Source of the DNA: Malacoraja senta
Taxonomy: Eukaryota
DNA length: 64,000 nt
NCBI GenBank assembly: GCA_038087875.1
Contig: CM075988.1
Span: 11,100,001 to 11,164,000 of the forward strand
Direction of reading: 5' to 3'
Shown here piece by piece: positions 24,448 to 36,985 of the stretch. A program made the translations under genes and the position numbers. Positions within the stretch are counted from its first letter, which is position 1. The number at the start of each line of letters is the position of its first letter. The notes beneath the pieces were generated by a model. It had not been told where the DNA came from and made no database searches. It was given only the letters and a program-made list of their open reading frames with translations.

Positions 24448-25122
24448 GTTGTACAATGTCCATTTGATGGCATGTTGCCTTGAAGCTTACTTGGCAGCTA
24501 CAAAGGTCTTGACATTAACTATTGAACCAAGTGATCCTCCTGCTAGTGGGTTTGAACTTCATTCCAATGATCGAATGTCATCACAGCCAAGTTCAATTCA
24601 GTCGAAATACAATATTTCATTGAAATCTATGCAAACCCTTTTTTGGGGGCGGGGGGATATTTGGGAATATTCCAGGACGAAGAAGTTTAATGCTACTTCA
24701 TCGCTGGTCAGTTTAAAAAAAAATCGTTGAGAATTAAAGGTTCAGCCCAAGTCAGTCACAGTATCCCAGTCTGCAATTACATCCTGACTTTCCACAATAT
24801 ATACAGGAAGGAACTGCAGATGCTGGTTGATACTGAAGATAGAAGAAGGGTTCCGACCGTAAATGTCACCTATTATTTATCTCCAGAGATGCTGCCTGAC
24901 CCGTTGAGTTGCTCGAGCACGTTGTGCCTATTTTCCCACAAGTTGTGGCTGATTACCTAATGGAAGTTACCACAATATGCGAGATGCTGAGATTTAATGC
25001 ATGGCGGGATCAACTGTCGTGATTATCCCATTGGGACTCGGGGAGAAAAGGACGCGTCCACAGAAGGTGGGGCCATCATCTCTCTCTGTTTGGTTGGTCC
25101 TTGCTTGAAGTAGAACATATTT

Positions 25123-25468
25123 GGATGACAGATGGCGCAATGGGCTAAGTGTTCGGCTGGCAACCGGAAGGTAGCCGGTTCGAATCCCGCTTGCAGTGCA
25201 TACTGTCGTTGTGTCCTTGGGCAAGACACTTCACCCACCTTTGCCTGCGTGTGAATGTGTGTGAGTGATTGGTGGTGGTCGGAGGGGCCGTAGGCGCAGA
25301 TTAGCAGCTACGCTTCCGTCAGTCTGCCCCAGGGCAGCTGTGGCTACAGAAGTAGCTCACCACCACCGAGTGTGACTGAGGAGTGAATGAATAATGCGAT
25401 GTAAAGCGCCTTGGGTATTAGAAAGGCGCTATATAAATCCAATCCATTATTATTATTATTATTATTAT
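25123..25468 (+). mobile_element. tRNA-derived CORE-SINE with L2-type tail, AFC-like (copy 2)
   Basis: A/B boxes, CORE-like motif, GTCAGTCTGCCCCAGGGCAGCTGTGGCTAC body, stem-loop and (ATT)n tail. Short TSD ATATTT at 25117-25122 and 25467-25472. Confidence 0.9.
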
Positions 25469-26627
25469 ATTTGAAAGTCCTTTTGGATCTGATTGTGCAT
25501 CAGTTAATTGGAAGAGATTAAGTTAGGAGAGATTGCCGACAAAATTCATACCCAAACATATGTGCAAAATAAGCCACATCCTGGCACCAGTGGCACTGAC
25601 CCAAATCGTTGTCTGTTCATTCCCTCTACAGATGCCGCCTGACCAGCTGAGTTCCTCCAGAACTGTTTTGGTCAAGATTCTTGAGTCTGCAGTTTCTTGT
25701 TTCTCCAGTAGCATTAGCGGGTAGTACTTTGTCATAGAACATGTTGTTCAGTATATCCACTTCATCTCTTTGAATTAAAAATAGAATGAGTTTCAGAGGC
25801 AGAATACAAAATAGTATGTACTCTAAATACTGCGACTAACAATTATGTTCAACATTGCTGACCAGTGCTGATTTCTAGGCAGTCGTCCGATCCTAGACAT
25901 GGTCATCTTATCCTTGGTTGCAATCTTCTTCACTGCTCAGTTAACCTGAGGGGGAGAGACAACTTGGCATCTGATATATTACATAGGCTGATTATATCAA
26001 AGAGTGATATTCCTTCTTGTCAGCAAATAATCGTCTTTCTCCCAGGCATCTATCTGAGCACCGACTGCCCTGTGCCACAACTATGTGTCAGTCTTGAGTC
26101 ATCTCTGACAATCTCAGGAGCAAATGGATGGAGCTTGTTATCTGATTGAACCAAGTGTTGCATTTTCTGAAAGAGGAGTTCAAAGCAAGACATTAGACGC
26201 AATTATGGATTCTATGAGAAAGTGCCTTAAAACAAGAAGAGAACACTGTAAATGTGAACCTTAAATCAAAGGGATGAAGTGGATTTGCTCAGTTACACAA
26301 AGAACTGGAAGATAAATTGAAACATCAAGTAAATTATGGAATGTACAAGGGGAATGAAATGCAGTTGAAATTGCTGGGAAGACATGCCAATGCAACAGAA
26401 CTAGAACAAGAAGCATGAAAGCAAAGACATTAAATTGCAGTCTAATTAAATATTTATCTATGCATACCTTTTGTGTCTAGGTTCAGCCTTTAGAAATATT
26501 AACTGGTATAGTTGAATAATTTCCAACTATATTAAATCAAATGACAATATAGTGTAAATTTGCAATGTGTCCACCAATGAGTTGGTTTAGCAGGACAATC
26601 TACTTAGATAAATATTACAGGACATGA

Positions 26628-26925
26628 GCAGCACGGTGGCGTAGCGGTAGAGCTACTGACTTACAGTGTCAGAGACCCGGGTTCGATCCTGACTACGGGT
26701 GCTGTCTGTTCAATGTTTGTACATTCTCCCTGTGACTTGCCTGGGTGGTCTTTGAGATCTTCGGTTTCCTCCCACACTCCAAAGATGTACAGTTTTGTAA
26801 GTTAATTGGCTTGGTATAAATGTAAATTGTCCCTAGTGTGTGGACAGCGTTAATGTGCGGAGATTACTGGTCGGTGCGGACATGGTGGGCCGAAGGGCCT
26901 GTTTCCGCGCTGTAACTCTAAACGT
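26628..26925 (+). mobile_element. Full-length HE1-type V-SINE
   Basis: GCACGGTGGCGTAGCGGTAGAG head, GGTTCGATCC B box, V-domain and CR1-like tail. Confidence 0.9.
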
Positions 26926-27160
26926 AACCTTAAAGTACATGTGGGTTACGTGTATATACAGTTCAGTTTTGGTGATGGTTAATTCAATGCTGTCTTCAAC
27001 TAAACAAGATTCCCTGACATCTTATTCAATCTTTCCCATTGCAAAGTTGCAACCAGCTTGCTGTGGGAGTGAAGCTAAACCTCAAAATGATGGGAAAATG
27101 TTAACCTACAGACACTACATTCTAGAACGAAGATCCTCTGAATAGCAATGATTGAGCAAC

Positions 27161-27447
27161 GGGTCAGGCAACATCTCTGGAGAAAAATAATAGGTGACGT
27201 TTCGGATCAGAACTCTTCATCAAACTGAAAGTAGAGAAGGGGAAGGGGAAGTATACTGTAGGTGAAAAACTTTTCTCGCTTCAAGTTTATTTCCCCCCCA
27301 ACCCCTCACCTCTACTTCCAGTCTGAAGAAGGTTTCTCACCTGAAACTTCACCTATACTTTTTCTCCAAAGATGCTGCCTGATCCGCTAAGATACATTTT
27401 TGTGTCTATCTTCAGTGTAAACCAGCGTCTGCAGTTCCTTCCTGCAC
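27161..27447. mobile_element. PLE-derived fold-back unit with 13-bp TSD
   Basis: Inverted arms, with a hammerhead-like CTGAAGA..GAAAC in the right arm. TSD ATGATTGAGCAAC at 27148-27160 and 27448-27460. Confidence 0.85.
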
Positions 27448-27732
27448 ATGATTGAGCAACAGTTGCATTTGTAAGCTCTAAGGCTAAGCTGCAAGCCAAT
27501 GTTAACTCTTTCATTGGAGCAAGTGAGAGGAAGAGCTTTACAGTCACCATCTGCAAGACAGTATTCCTCTGCCAAGCAGCTCCCCCAACTGCACTATATG
27601 TCCTTTATATGCCTGATACCAGTGTCCCAAACCAAGCACTTTGAAGCTGTGTCAAGGGAAGAGATTAGCTGAGTTTTCCCCAAAAGACACAACTTATTCG
27701 ATTGAATTCCCAATTTGTGTATGTACACAATT

Positions 27733-28028
27733 AGAAGGGTCCCAACCTAAAACATGTCCTATCCATGTTCTTCAGAGATGCTGCCTGACCCGTTGAGTTA
27801 CTCCAAAGCTTAGTGTAAACCAGCAACAGTTTCCACATGTTGACTGTTCCACTGCAAGCTCTCTTCAAGATATGTCTACCTTGAAGAATTTCTTCTCGAA
27901 AGATGTTGGCCCGAAACGCCACTGATCTATGTTCTCCAGAGATGCTGCCTGACCTGCTGAATTTCCCCAGCACTTTGCATTTACACCTCTAGTGTAAACC
28001 AGCATCTGCTGTTCTATTTTTTTCTACA
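27733..28028 (+). mobile_element. Two tandem PLE terminal-repeat fragments
   Basis: Two copies of CAGAGATGCTGCCTGACC..GAG..CCAGC..GTAAACCAGCA. Confidence 0.7.
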
Positions 28029-28639
28029 TAAAGTCCTGACATTTACATTTCTACAAAATTATTCTTGATTTAATGGAAATATTTATTTCTCATTGAATGT
28101 TTGTTAATTACAAACATCAGCATCGGCAACATTTTTTCCCTCCCCAACACTCATCAAACAAATTGGTTAGGCTGCATCTCCTTATTGATCCCATTGAACA
28201 AGGAAACAAACATGTTGTTCTCCTTGGTTTGTCTTCCAAAGGGCTGGATGCAACTCCACCAGCCGATGTGTCAAGTTCAACAATGCTACATTCTGTTGTG
28301 GTTTGTTCTGAAATAAAGTCTTCCAGCAGCTGGAAATTTCCATAATTATTCATTAATATGCAAATGTAGACAGATGTTCATTTGAGCAACAGGTGACTTG
28401 CTTTTGTGCTTGCCAGAGGTGGGAGGAAAATGTTTGTGATTGCAATTCCTGTTCAGTCACAATGTATGAAAGAAGTAAAAGGAAAATGTTGTATATTTTG
28501 GGTTGTTTGAACACATTTAAATGGCTATTTTTATTTGTATCTATGTAGTTATGTTCAGAGTAGAAAAAAGGCACATGCAAAGGACATCGCTTTGGAAACA
28601 TGCATAGTCATAATAGTTCAAATCTGTCACACAAATCTA

Positions 28640-29089
28640 ATTTGGCATAGATAGGGTAGACGGTCAGAATTATTTTCCCACAGGACAAATGTCCAACACT
28701 AGAGGGCATCGCTATAAGGTGAGAAGGAGAAAGTTTAATGGAGATGTTTAGGGCCAGTTTTTGTACACAGTGAATAGTGCGGGATGGAACACACTGCCAG
28801 GGGTGATGTTTGAGGCAGGTACGAGAGGGCAGGGAATATATGGATCATGTACAGGCAGATGAGATCAGTTTATCTTGCAGTCAAGTTCAGCAGAAACTTT
28901 GTGGGCGGGCGGGCCCATTCCTGTGCTGCAATGTTCCATGTTCTATACACCCAACTATTGTCTTTATGTGTAGGGAAGAACTGCAGATGCTGGTTTAAAT
29001 TGAAGATAGGCACAAAATGCTGGAATAACTCAGCGGACAGGCAGCATCTCTGGAGAGAAGGAATTGGTGACGTTTCGGGTCGAGACCCT
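28640..29089 (+). mobile_element. CR1 3' fragment (28640-28946) followed by a PLE terminal fragment (28972-29089) with 11-bp TSD
   Basis: CR1 motif ACTAGAGGGCAT..AAGGTGAGA. TSD TCTTTATGTGT at 28961-28971 and 29090-29100. Confidence 0.75.
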
Positions 29090-29477
29090 TCTTTATGTGT
29101 CTGGACTAATTTTATTTAAATTTGTTGTTCTCTAACTCTCCTAACTTCTGCAGTTGGAATTCCATAATGCTGGGGTACATTTGTGGTTGGCTGATAAGCC
29201 ATCTGAGTGCGCCAGTTACCTGGCCTTTAGAGAACGGAGCTGCCATCCCAATGTCCCTGGACTCATGCTTCTGACAGGAGGTTGTCACCAGGCTGGTCAG
29301 CAAAGCCCTTTCCGATTGTAAGTGACTGGCTTTGCCCTGAGTCAATGAGGCCCATCCCCAAGGCTCACTGTGTCAAAGCTGAGTTCACTGGCCAGCTGTC
29401 ACCGTAGCCAGCAACACTGCTGGACGCTGTCACTGTGTAAGGCTCGTGGGAGAGGTGTCCAACAGCTCACAGCTACA

Positions 29478-30335
29478 TCAAGACTCAAGACTGTTTGTTA
29501 TATGGACTGGGAATAGAACAATGGATTTCTTAATTGTTGCACCTTTACAGGCAAAATAATATAACAACAAAACAAATAAATGTACAATAATTGATATGAA
29601 TAGTGCAATTCATTATCAGTAATGTAAGTTATAGTAGTTAATAGTAGGCAATACTTTTAGTAGGCAATAGTAGATAACCAGACCATTATAGCTCAAAACA
29701 GAATTACGTAGTGTAGATGAAACAAAGTTCATAGTAGACAGTAGCTGAGGGAGTGTTGTGGTTCAGGAGCCTGATGGTTGATACGTTGAAACTGGAGGTC
29801 GCGGTTCACAGGCTCCTGTAACGCCTACTGATGGTGGCATTGAGCTGAGAGCATGGCCAGGTTGGTGTAGATTTTCAATGATATTAGCTGCTATTTGGAG
29901 GCACCACTTCCCAGTAGATACCTTTGCTGGTGGGGAGATCAGTACCCATGAAAAACTGGGCAATGTCTGCCACTTACTGCAGCCTCCTTCATTTGCGTTT
30001 CCGAACCAGGCCTTGATACAACCAGTGAGCATGTTCTCAATGGACACCTGAAAGGGCCTGTCCCACTTTCACGACCTCTGCCGAGTTCGCTCTTGACTCA
30101 TACTCGCAGCATGGTCGTCACGAGGTCGTAGGTAGGTCGTAGCAGGCCGTGATGCTAGTCGTAGGTACTCGTGGCATCGAGTAGGTCGGGGCGTTTATCT
30201 AGCCTGATGAAAAATGTCCACGAGTAAGAAAGGTCGTGAATTAGGTCGTGAAAGTGGGACAGGCCCTGAAGAGGTTCGACAGAGTATTTGGCAATGTGGC
30301 GAATCTCCTGAACTTTCTGAGGAGGTAGAGGCGGC
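29478..30335 (-). mobile_element. Rex1/Babar 3' fragment interrupted by a Harbinger MITE
   Basis: SIENMLTGCIKAWFGN and LRKFRRF remnants, plus a (TCTTGAG)-type tail at ~29478. Confidence 0.78.
30053..30267. mobile_element. PIF/Harbinger MITE (215 bp)
   Basis: 25-bp perfect TIR AGGGCCTGTCCCACTTTCACGACCT. 3-bp TSD GAA at 30050-30052 and 30268-30270. CpG-rich. Confidence 0.88.
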
Positions 30336-31024
30336 AATAAGCTATGAATTTTACACTCAAAACATATAAATATTGAAGATGAAGTACTGACATTTTTGTT
30401 TGTTTCAAAAGAATTCTATGTTAAGTGAAACTTTCATTTTTTTTTAGGAAATAACTGTGTATTACATTGCCCCTCAGCACTTTGCAGAGCATAGTGGATT
30501 CATAGCAAATGCATTCTTAAACATCCCAGTGTTTCATTCTGATTATTAATGAATCAATATTCCAACCGTGAGGCAATTTGGCGGTGTTCCTTCTTCCACT
30601 TAATCCTATTCTAATGTTTCTCCACGATAAATGGTTTTTACCACTTGTGATATGTAATCAGTTACCAAAAACAACCTAAGTCTTCTTAAATTCAATAAAA
30701 TAAATCCTACGATGTTGCAGATTTCTTCCCTCAGGATTACTGATGGACTTCACTGCAAATATTAGACCTAATATTTATTGTGAATCAAAAAGTCCCCCGC
30801 ACAACAAATACAAACCCTTCAGTGCTGTCTTTTCTTAAACATTCAAAAATGAACTGAGCAAAACAAAGTTTGGCACTCTATCTCAGTTCACGTGACAATA
30901 ATAAACTAACACCAATTGCAACTATTCATAACAGTGGAGAGGTTTGCAATTATATTTTTAATCAACGATTCTGCAAAAGAGATAGGCAAAAGGTTGAAAT
31001 AGAAGTTGCTACGTTTTTATAATA

Positions 31025-31980
31025 TGTAGGTGGTTGAATATTTAACCAGCCAGCGAGCAGTCCTCGACTACTATCTACTTCATTGGTGAACCTCAGACTA
31101 TCCTTGATCAGAATTTGCTGGCTTCACCTTGCACTAAACAATATTCCCCTATTATGTATCTAAACACTGTAATGGCTCAATTGTAATCACTTGCCTGTCC
31201 CACTTGCGTGTCCTTGGCACGCAAATTATGCGACCTCGTGGTCGCGTTGAGCCACAACGGTCCCAAGAAGGTTGGGCGCGATTACATTCGCCCGCACAGC
31301 CGCCTGGAGCGCGTGACATCATTTGAAGATGGACACAAAATGCAGGAGTAACTCAACAGGACCGGCAGTATCTCTGGAGAGAAGCAATGGATGACGTTTT
31401 GTGTCGAGACTTCTTCAGTCTGAAAAGAAGGGTCTTGACCCGTAAAGTCACCCATTGCTTCTCTCCAGAGATGCTGCCAGTCCCACTGAGTTACTCCAGC
31501 ATTTTGTGTCCATCTTCAATTTTCTTGGCCCCGCTCTGGGAGTGGAAGTGGGGGCTGATCCGGTTCCGCAACGGCCGGATCCGCAAGCAGGCCGAGCTCG
31601 GCGATCGTTTGCCTGCTTCTGCTGCTGTTGAAGGTGAGACGTTGCGTCACGCCAGGGTCTTGGACCTGTCACACTTTTGCCGTCAGTTCCGCGACAGGCC
31701 ATTGGCGTGCGAAGATTTCATTCACGACAAAAATTTCGGAGCCCCGCGCGATGTCGCGCACAACTACATACCCCTCCGCGCTTCTAAGTGGGACCGGCCC
31801 CGGGCGGTCATACGATGCCCGTGCGCCTCAACGCGACCACGAGGTTGCATAATTTGCGTGCCAAGGACACGTAAGTGGGACAGGCCCTTTAGTCTTTCTG
31901 CTGACTGGATACCACGCAACAAATGCTTTTCACTGTATCTAGGTAAACTTGACAACAAACTAAACTGTAAACTATAAACA
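31025..31980 (+). mobile_element. Rex1/Babar 3' UTR interrupted by a Harbinger MITE
   Basis: Same 3' UTR as 34490-34747 (ATCTAC..CATTGG.GA.C, TTTTCACTGTA..GACAA.AAACTAAACT), split at 31190/31889. Confidence 0.72.
31193..31888. mobile_element. PIF/Harbinger MITE (~700 bp) containing a PLE fold-back unit (31323-31519)
   Basis: ~58-bp TIRs (GCCTGTCCCACTTGCGTGTCCTTGGCACGCAAATTATGCGACCTCGTGGTCGCGTTGAG). The right end GGACAGGCCCT is followed by TTA. The first bases of the left end are lost. Confidence 0.85.
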
Positions 31981-32874
31981 GTAAAGCAAAATAAAGTCAG
32001 TGGTTTTGTGCCATACATTGCATTTAACTTTGTGATAACTGATATAAGGGAATGTACTGTTTCTACATGGGTTAAATTATACAAAGGCAAGGACTATACA
32101 GTATCTGTCTTTGGATAATTAATTGCTGAGATATTTTTCCTTCAGTTCCCAATAGATTATGAGGTGTTTCCGTTAGCTAATGCCTTCTGGGAATCTGGAT
32201 AATCAATCTCAAACACAATCGCAGTCAAATAGTTTGAGATTTGGTATCATTTTATACACATATGGAAGCCAATGACGCCTTTCAAATTCGACAGATCAGC
32301 ACTTGCCTTTTTCAATAGACTCGGAATGGAATACAAAAGTGAACGTTTTGACCTTTTTAAATATTCAGGTTTTGTATGAATTGGGTGAGTGGATAAAGCT
32401 AAATATTGGAATTCCTTGACAGTCCATCCATCATGTACAGATCAAGAGTTCTTAAGGCAGCAGAGGTTTAACAATTTTAAAAAATCAAAATTAATCATTT
32501 TTTTCCACATCATTGGAAAGTGTTTCTTTTTTTGGGGGGAGAGCGGTGCATTAAATGATCTTGTTTTGTTTTATGTGATTAAATGTGCGTGGAAAGGGCA
32601 AAGAGATGTGAAGAGTGAACGTTAATTGGGTTTCCTGTTCCAACTTTTTTATTGCATCATCTGCCTTATTAGCAGATTAGCAATGTTTTGGGGCAGTACC
32701 CTTCTTCCAACTAAAGAAGGGTTCCCACCCAAAATGTCACCTATCCATGCCCTCCAGAGATACTGCTTGAACCATTGAGTTACGCCAGCAGTTTGTGTTT
32801 TTTGTTTCTGTAGTAAGGTGTGAGTGTGTGCAAGGGTGTTGGCTTTCACAAGAGACTGCCGAGTCAATTGTTAT

Positions 32875-32968
32875 AGACACAAAATGCTGGAGTAACTCAG
32901 TGTGACAGGCGGCATCTCTGGATTGAAGTAATGGGTGACTTTTCGGATCGAGACCCTTCTTCAGACTC
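32875..32968 (-). mobile_element. PLE terminal fragment with 13-bp TSD
   Basis: TSD AGTCAATTGTTAT at 32862-32874 and 32969-32981. Hammerhead-like core on the minus strand. Confidence 0.82.
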
Positions 32969-34149
32969 AGTCAATTGTTATTCCAGATGTGTAGTTTGCA
33001 TGCAGGACTGTAAAAGGAATGCAATATGACCAAAAGATGTATGGCACCTAAACTGTTCTTCAAAAGAAATTTGCATCCCCTCTTTCAGTCCCTCAACCAA
33101 TGTCACCTTCATACTTTGTTTTTAATTAAATCTAGGCAGGAAAATTAAATGTTTCTGCCTTATGGCAACAAGCAGTCTTCACTCCAAGTTTAATAATAAA
33201 AAGTTGTTTAATTGTGTCGATTTTATCAACCATGAAACAGCATGCGGCTGATTGGCTCGACACACTGACAGTTCTTGTAAATGTTTCAGGCATGAACGTC
33301 ATCAGCTTTTCCAGGGGAAACTATACATTGTGACAGGAGATTTAATATTGAAATTTTAACAAGCAGCTTGTTAAGGTTGAAAATAATTAGTACATATATG
33401 TCCCATATTATTCGCCCAATGTGAAGTCCCATGTGTCCAGTATGAATGAACTCCATGCTAATAAGCCTGCTGCACTGACTCTGTGAATGGGGCAGAATGC
33501 AAATGGATTCTCATTGGACTTTGACAAACAGCACAATTGCTGATATCTCTCCAGACATAAAACAGACGATGCAATCTTTTCACTTTCAATTCCACTTGTT
33601 CCTATTCCCTTGTGGAAGCATTAATCCTTGCCCTAGAAAATATTTTAATGGATACCTCCTGCCCTCTGTGTCTTGTCAAATTGACTACTTTATCAAGATG
33701 GAAGGAGCTGCAGGTGCTGTCATTTTTTGTGGAACACTAATTGCTGATTAGCGGGTCAGGCAGCATCTCTGGAGGACATGGATAAACAAGGTTTTGGGTC
33801 GGGACTGGTTCTTCTGCAGTCTGAAGAAGGGTCCTGACCCAAAACGTCACCATTCTTGTCGACCCAAGATACTGTCTGACCTTCTGAGCTACTCCTACAA
33901 TTTGTATTCTGGCTATTTTATATATATTTTTTAGTATCAGGAGGCTAACTTCTTGAAAGCTTGGGAGAGGAGAGCATCAAAGCATTATCATAATTAGCAT
34001 TGTCCTTAAACATCTGATTTCCTTTACTTCATCTTGATGAATATGTCTTTAGCTATTCAGGCACAAAGCTTTGCTTTTTCTCCCCAAATATCATCGTCAT
34101 CACTTTAATGACAAAAAACTATTAAACCTTTCACTTTAGCTAAGCTTAT

Positions 34150-34747
34150 TATCTCATGAGAAGGCTCAGGAAGTTTGGCATGTCCCCAACAACTCTCACA
34201 AACTTCTACAGATGCACCTTAGAAACAATGTTATTGGAATGCATTACAGCATAGTTTGGGAAAAGCTCCGTCCAAGACCGCAAGAAATTGCAGAGAATTG
34301 TGGACGCAGCCCAGACCATCAAACAAACTAACCTCCCTTCCATTGACTACATCTTCACTTCACGCTGCGTCAGAATGGCCACCAGCACAATCAAAGACAA
34401 ATTTCACCCCTCTTCCATCAGGCAAGAGATACAGAAGTGTGAAAATGCATACTTCCAGATTCAGGGAACATTTCTTCCCAGTGGTTATCAGGCAACTGAA
34501 CCATCCTATCATCAACTAGGTAGTGGTCTTGAGCTACCATCTACCTCATTGGAGACTCTCGGGCTATCTTTCATCGGACTTTATTGGACTTTATCTGCAC
34601 TAAACGTTATTCCCTTTATCATGGATCTGTACACTGTAGACAATTTGATTGTGATCATGGATAGTCTTTTCGCTGAGTGGACAGCATGCAACAAAAAAGC
34701 TTTTCATTGCACCTCAGTTCATGTGACAATAAACTAAACTAAACTAA
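34150..34747 (+). mobile_element. Rex1/Babar LINE 3' fragment
   Basis: RRLRKFGMSPTTLTNFYRCT..QDRKKLQRIVDAAQTI..LPSGKRYRS, and an (AAACT)n tail. Confidence 0.88.
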
Positions 34748-35137
34748 TCTTGTCCTGGTAACTACTGATATAGTTTGCTATGAAACTGTGTCTGATGGCA
34801 TTTCTGTTTATTGCCTTGCCATTTAATTATATTAAAAGTGTTTAGAAAATGCAATTGGTGTTAGTTGAGGAATGCATACAATTATCTCTCTTTTCCTCAT
34901 TCAGGAACACCAGGGTCAAATAGATTGTCCTAGTTTCCATCATGATTGGAATATGGCATTTAAGCAGAGATTAAGTTGTGAAAAATATATTCAACCGTAA
35001 GAAAAGCAAATATCTCATGTTCAATATATTTTCTAATAAGAATTATATATTTTCTAATAAGAAAAACAAGAAAGAGAAATGGGATTAGATGGTACCGACT
35101 ACTCTATCCTTAAACAACATCAAAGTTGATATTTGGT

Positions 35138-36557
35138 TGAGGTTTATTATGGTTACATGCACTTCAGCTTGCACTGTGCAGTGAAAAGCTTGTGAAAACC
35201 TGCTATCCAAACGGTTCAGATGCACCATCCTTAAATATAATTGTCAAACATAAGTACAATAGATGGAGCAAAGGGGAAGAAGTTACCGAGTGCAGAATAC
35301 GGTCCTCAGCATTGTAACACGTGAGTTCCATAGATACATTCAAAAATCCTCAATGCAATAGAAGAGAATCAGACAGTCCCCGAGCTTATGGAAGGACCAC
35401 ACAGAAAGCTAATAACAAAGGGAAATAATCTTAGAGTCTGGTGGTGTGAGCTTTCAAGCTTCTGTACCTTCTGCTGGGTGGGAGCAGGGAGACGAAGGAA
35501 TGACCAGGATGGGACAAGTGTTTGATTATATTGGCTGATTTTCCAAGGCAGCATGAAGTGTAGATAGAGTCAATGGTAGGTAGTCTGGTCTGTGTGATGG
35601 ACTGGGCTACATCTACAAGTCTGCAAAGTCTTATGGTCTTGGACAGAACTGTTCCAAAACCCAATTGTGAAGCAACCCGACAGTATAACTTCTATAGTGC
35701 ATCTATAGAAGTTTGTAAGAGTTACTGGAGACATGTTGAATTTCCTCTGCCTCTTCAGGAAGTAGACACATTGGGGTACCACCATGGCTGTCGCATCAAT
35801 GTAGTTGGTCCATGACAAATCAATGGTGGTATTAAGTGCAAGGAATGTGAAGCTCTCAACTATTTTCACTTCCGCACCATTGATGCTGATTGGGGCATGT
35901 AATTTCACCAAGCCTCCTGAAGTCAATAACTATCTCCTTCGCCTTGCTGACATTGTCCTGACACCATGTCACTCATTTCACTATCTCCTTTCCCGACTCC
36001 GTCTTGTTATCGTTCACAATATGGCCCACCACAGTGGTGTCATCTGCAAATGTGTAGATGGAATAAGAGCTGAATGTGGCCATTCAGTTGTGAGTGTACA
36101 GGGAGTAAAGTGGGGGACTGAGAATGAGTCCTTCCAAGGCAAGGAATTCTTGTGAAGGAAGTTTTATCACCAATCTTCACTGATTTGAGATCTGTGAGTC
36201 AGAAAGTCAAGCATGCAGTGGAAGTGGGGAGAGCTGATTCCTAGATCCATGAGTTTGGAGATGTATTTGGATGGGATCGTGATACTGAAGTCATATATAT
36301 ATATATTCAATTAGATAGGAGTCTAACATAGGAGTTCTTGTTGTCTAGGTGCTCCAGAAATTAGTTTAGTGCTAGGGCGAAGCCATTCACTGTGGACTTG
36401 TTTCCACGGTCAACAAACTGCAGTGGATCAAGGCTGGATGGGAGGCTGGAGTTAATGTGCGCCAACACCATTCTCTTGAAGCGCTGCATGTTGATGGATG
36501 TCAGAGCCATGATGCCAGATGGACGATAGTAATTAAGGCACGCTACCTTGCTTTTCA
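35138..36557 (-). mobile_element. Degraded Rex1/Babar RT fragment
   Basis: ACLNYYRP, LDPLQF, FADDTTVVG, LTNFYRCTIE and LPTIDSIYTSCC across several frames. Confidence 0.85.
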
Positions 36558-36584
36558 TAAGTTTATAAGTTATAAGAGCAGAAT

Positions 36585-36985
36585 TTCTACAGGTGTATAG
36601 TAGAGAGCATATTGACTGGTGGCATCATAGCCTGGTTCAGCAACTTGAACGCCCAGGAGCGAAAACGAATGGCATAAAGTTGTGAACACTGCCCAGTCCA
36701 TCACCGGCTCTGTCCTCCCCACCATCAAAGGGATTTATCAGAGTCGCTGCCTCAAAAAGGCAGCCAGCACCATCAGAGACCCACACCACCCTGGCCACAC
36801 ACTCATTTCACCCCTACCATCGGGAAAAAGGTACAGGAGCCTGAAAGCTGTAACATCCAGGTTCAGGAACAGCTTCTTCCCAACAGCCATCAGGCTATTA
36901 AACACTACAACCTCGAATAAGCTCTGAACTACAATAGACTACTGTTATTATTATTATTATTGCACTACTATTGTTTGTTTTTTGT
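36585..36985 (+). mobile_element. Rex1/Babar 3' fragment, followed by a (TA/TG) microsatellite to ~37062
   Basis: NTAQSITGSVLPTIKGIYQSRCLKKAASTIRDPHHPGHTLISPLPSGKRYRSLK..RFRNSFFPTAIRLLN. Confidence 0.88.

Noticed and set aside
26628..26700. tRNA genes suggested by A/B boxes here and in the other SINE heads
   Set aside because: No complete cloverleaf is present, and each head continues into a SINE body and LINE-derived tail.
31387..31977. 196-aa ORF as a transposase
   Set aside because: It runs across PLE, MITE and Rex UTR boundaries and has no DDE or Myb motifs. It is a chance ORF in GC-rich DNA.
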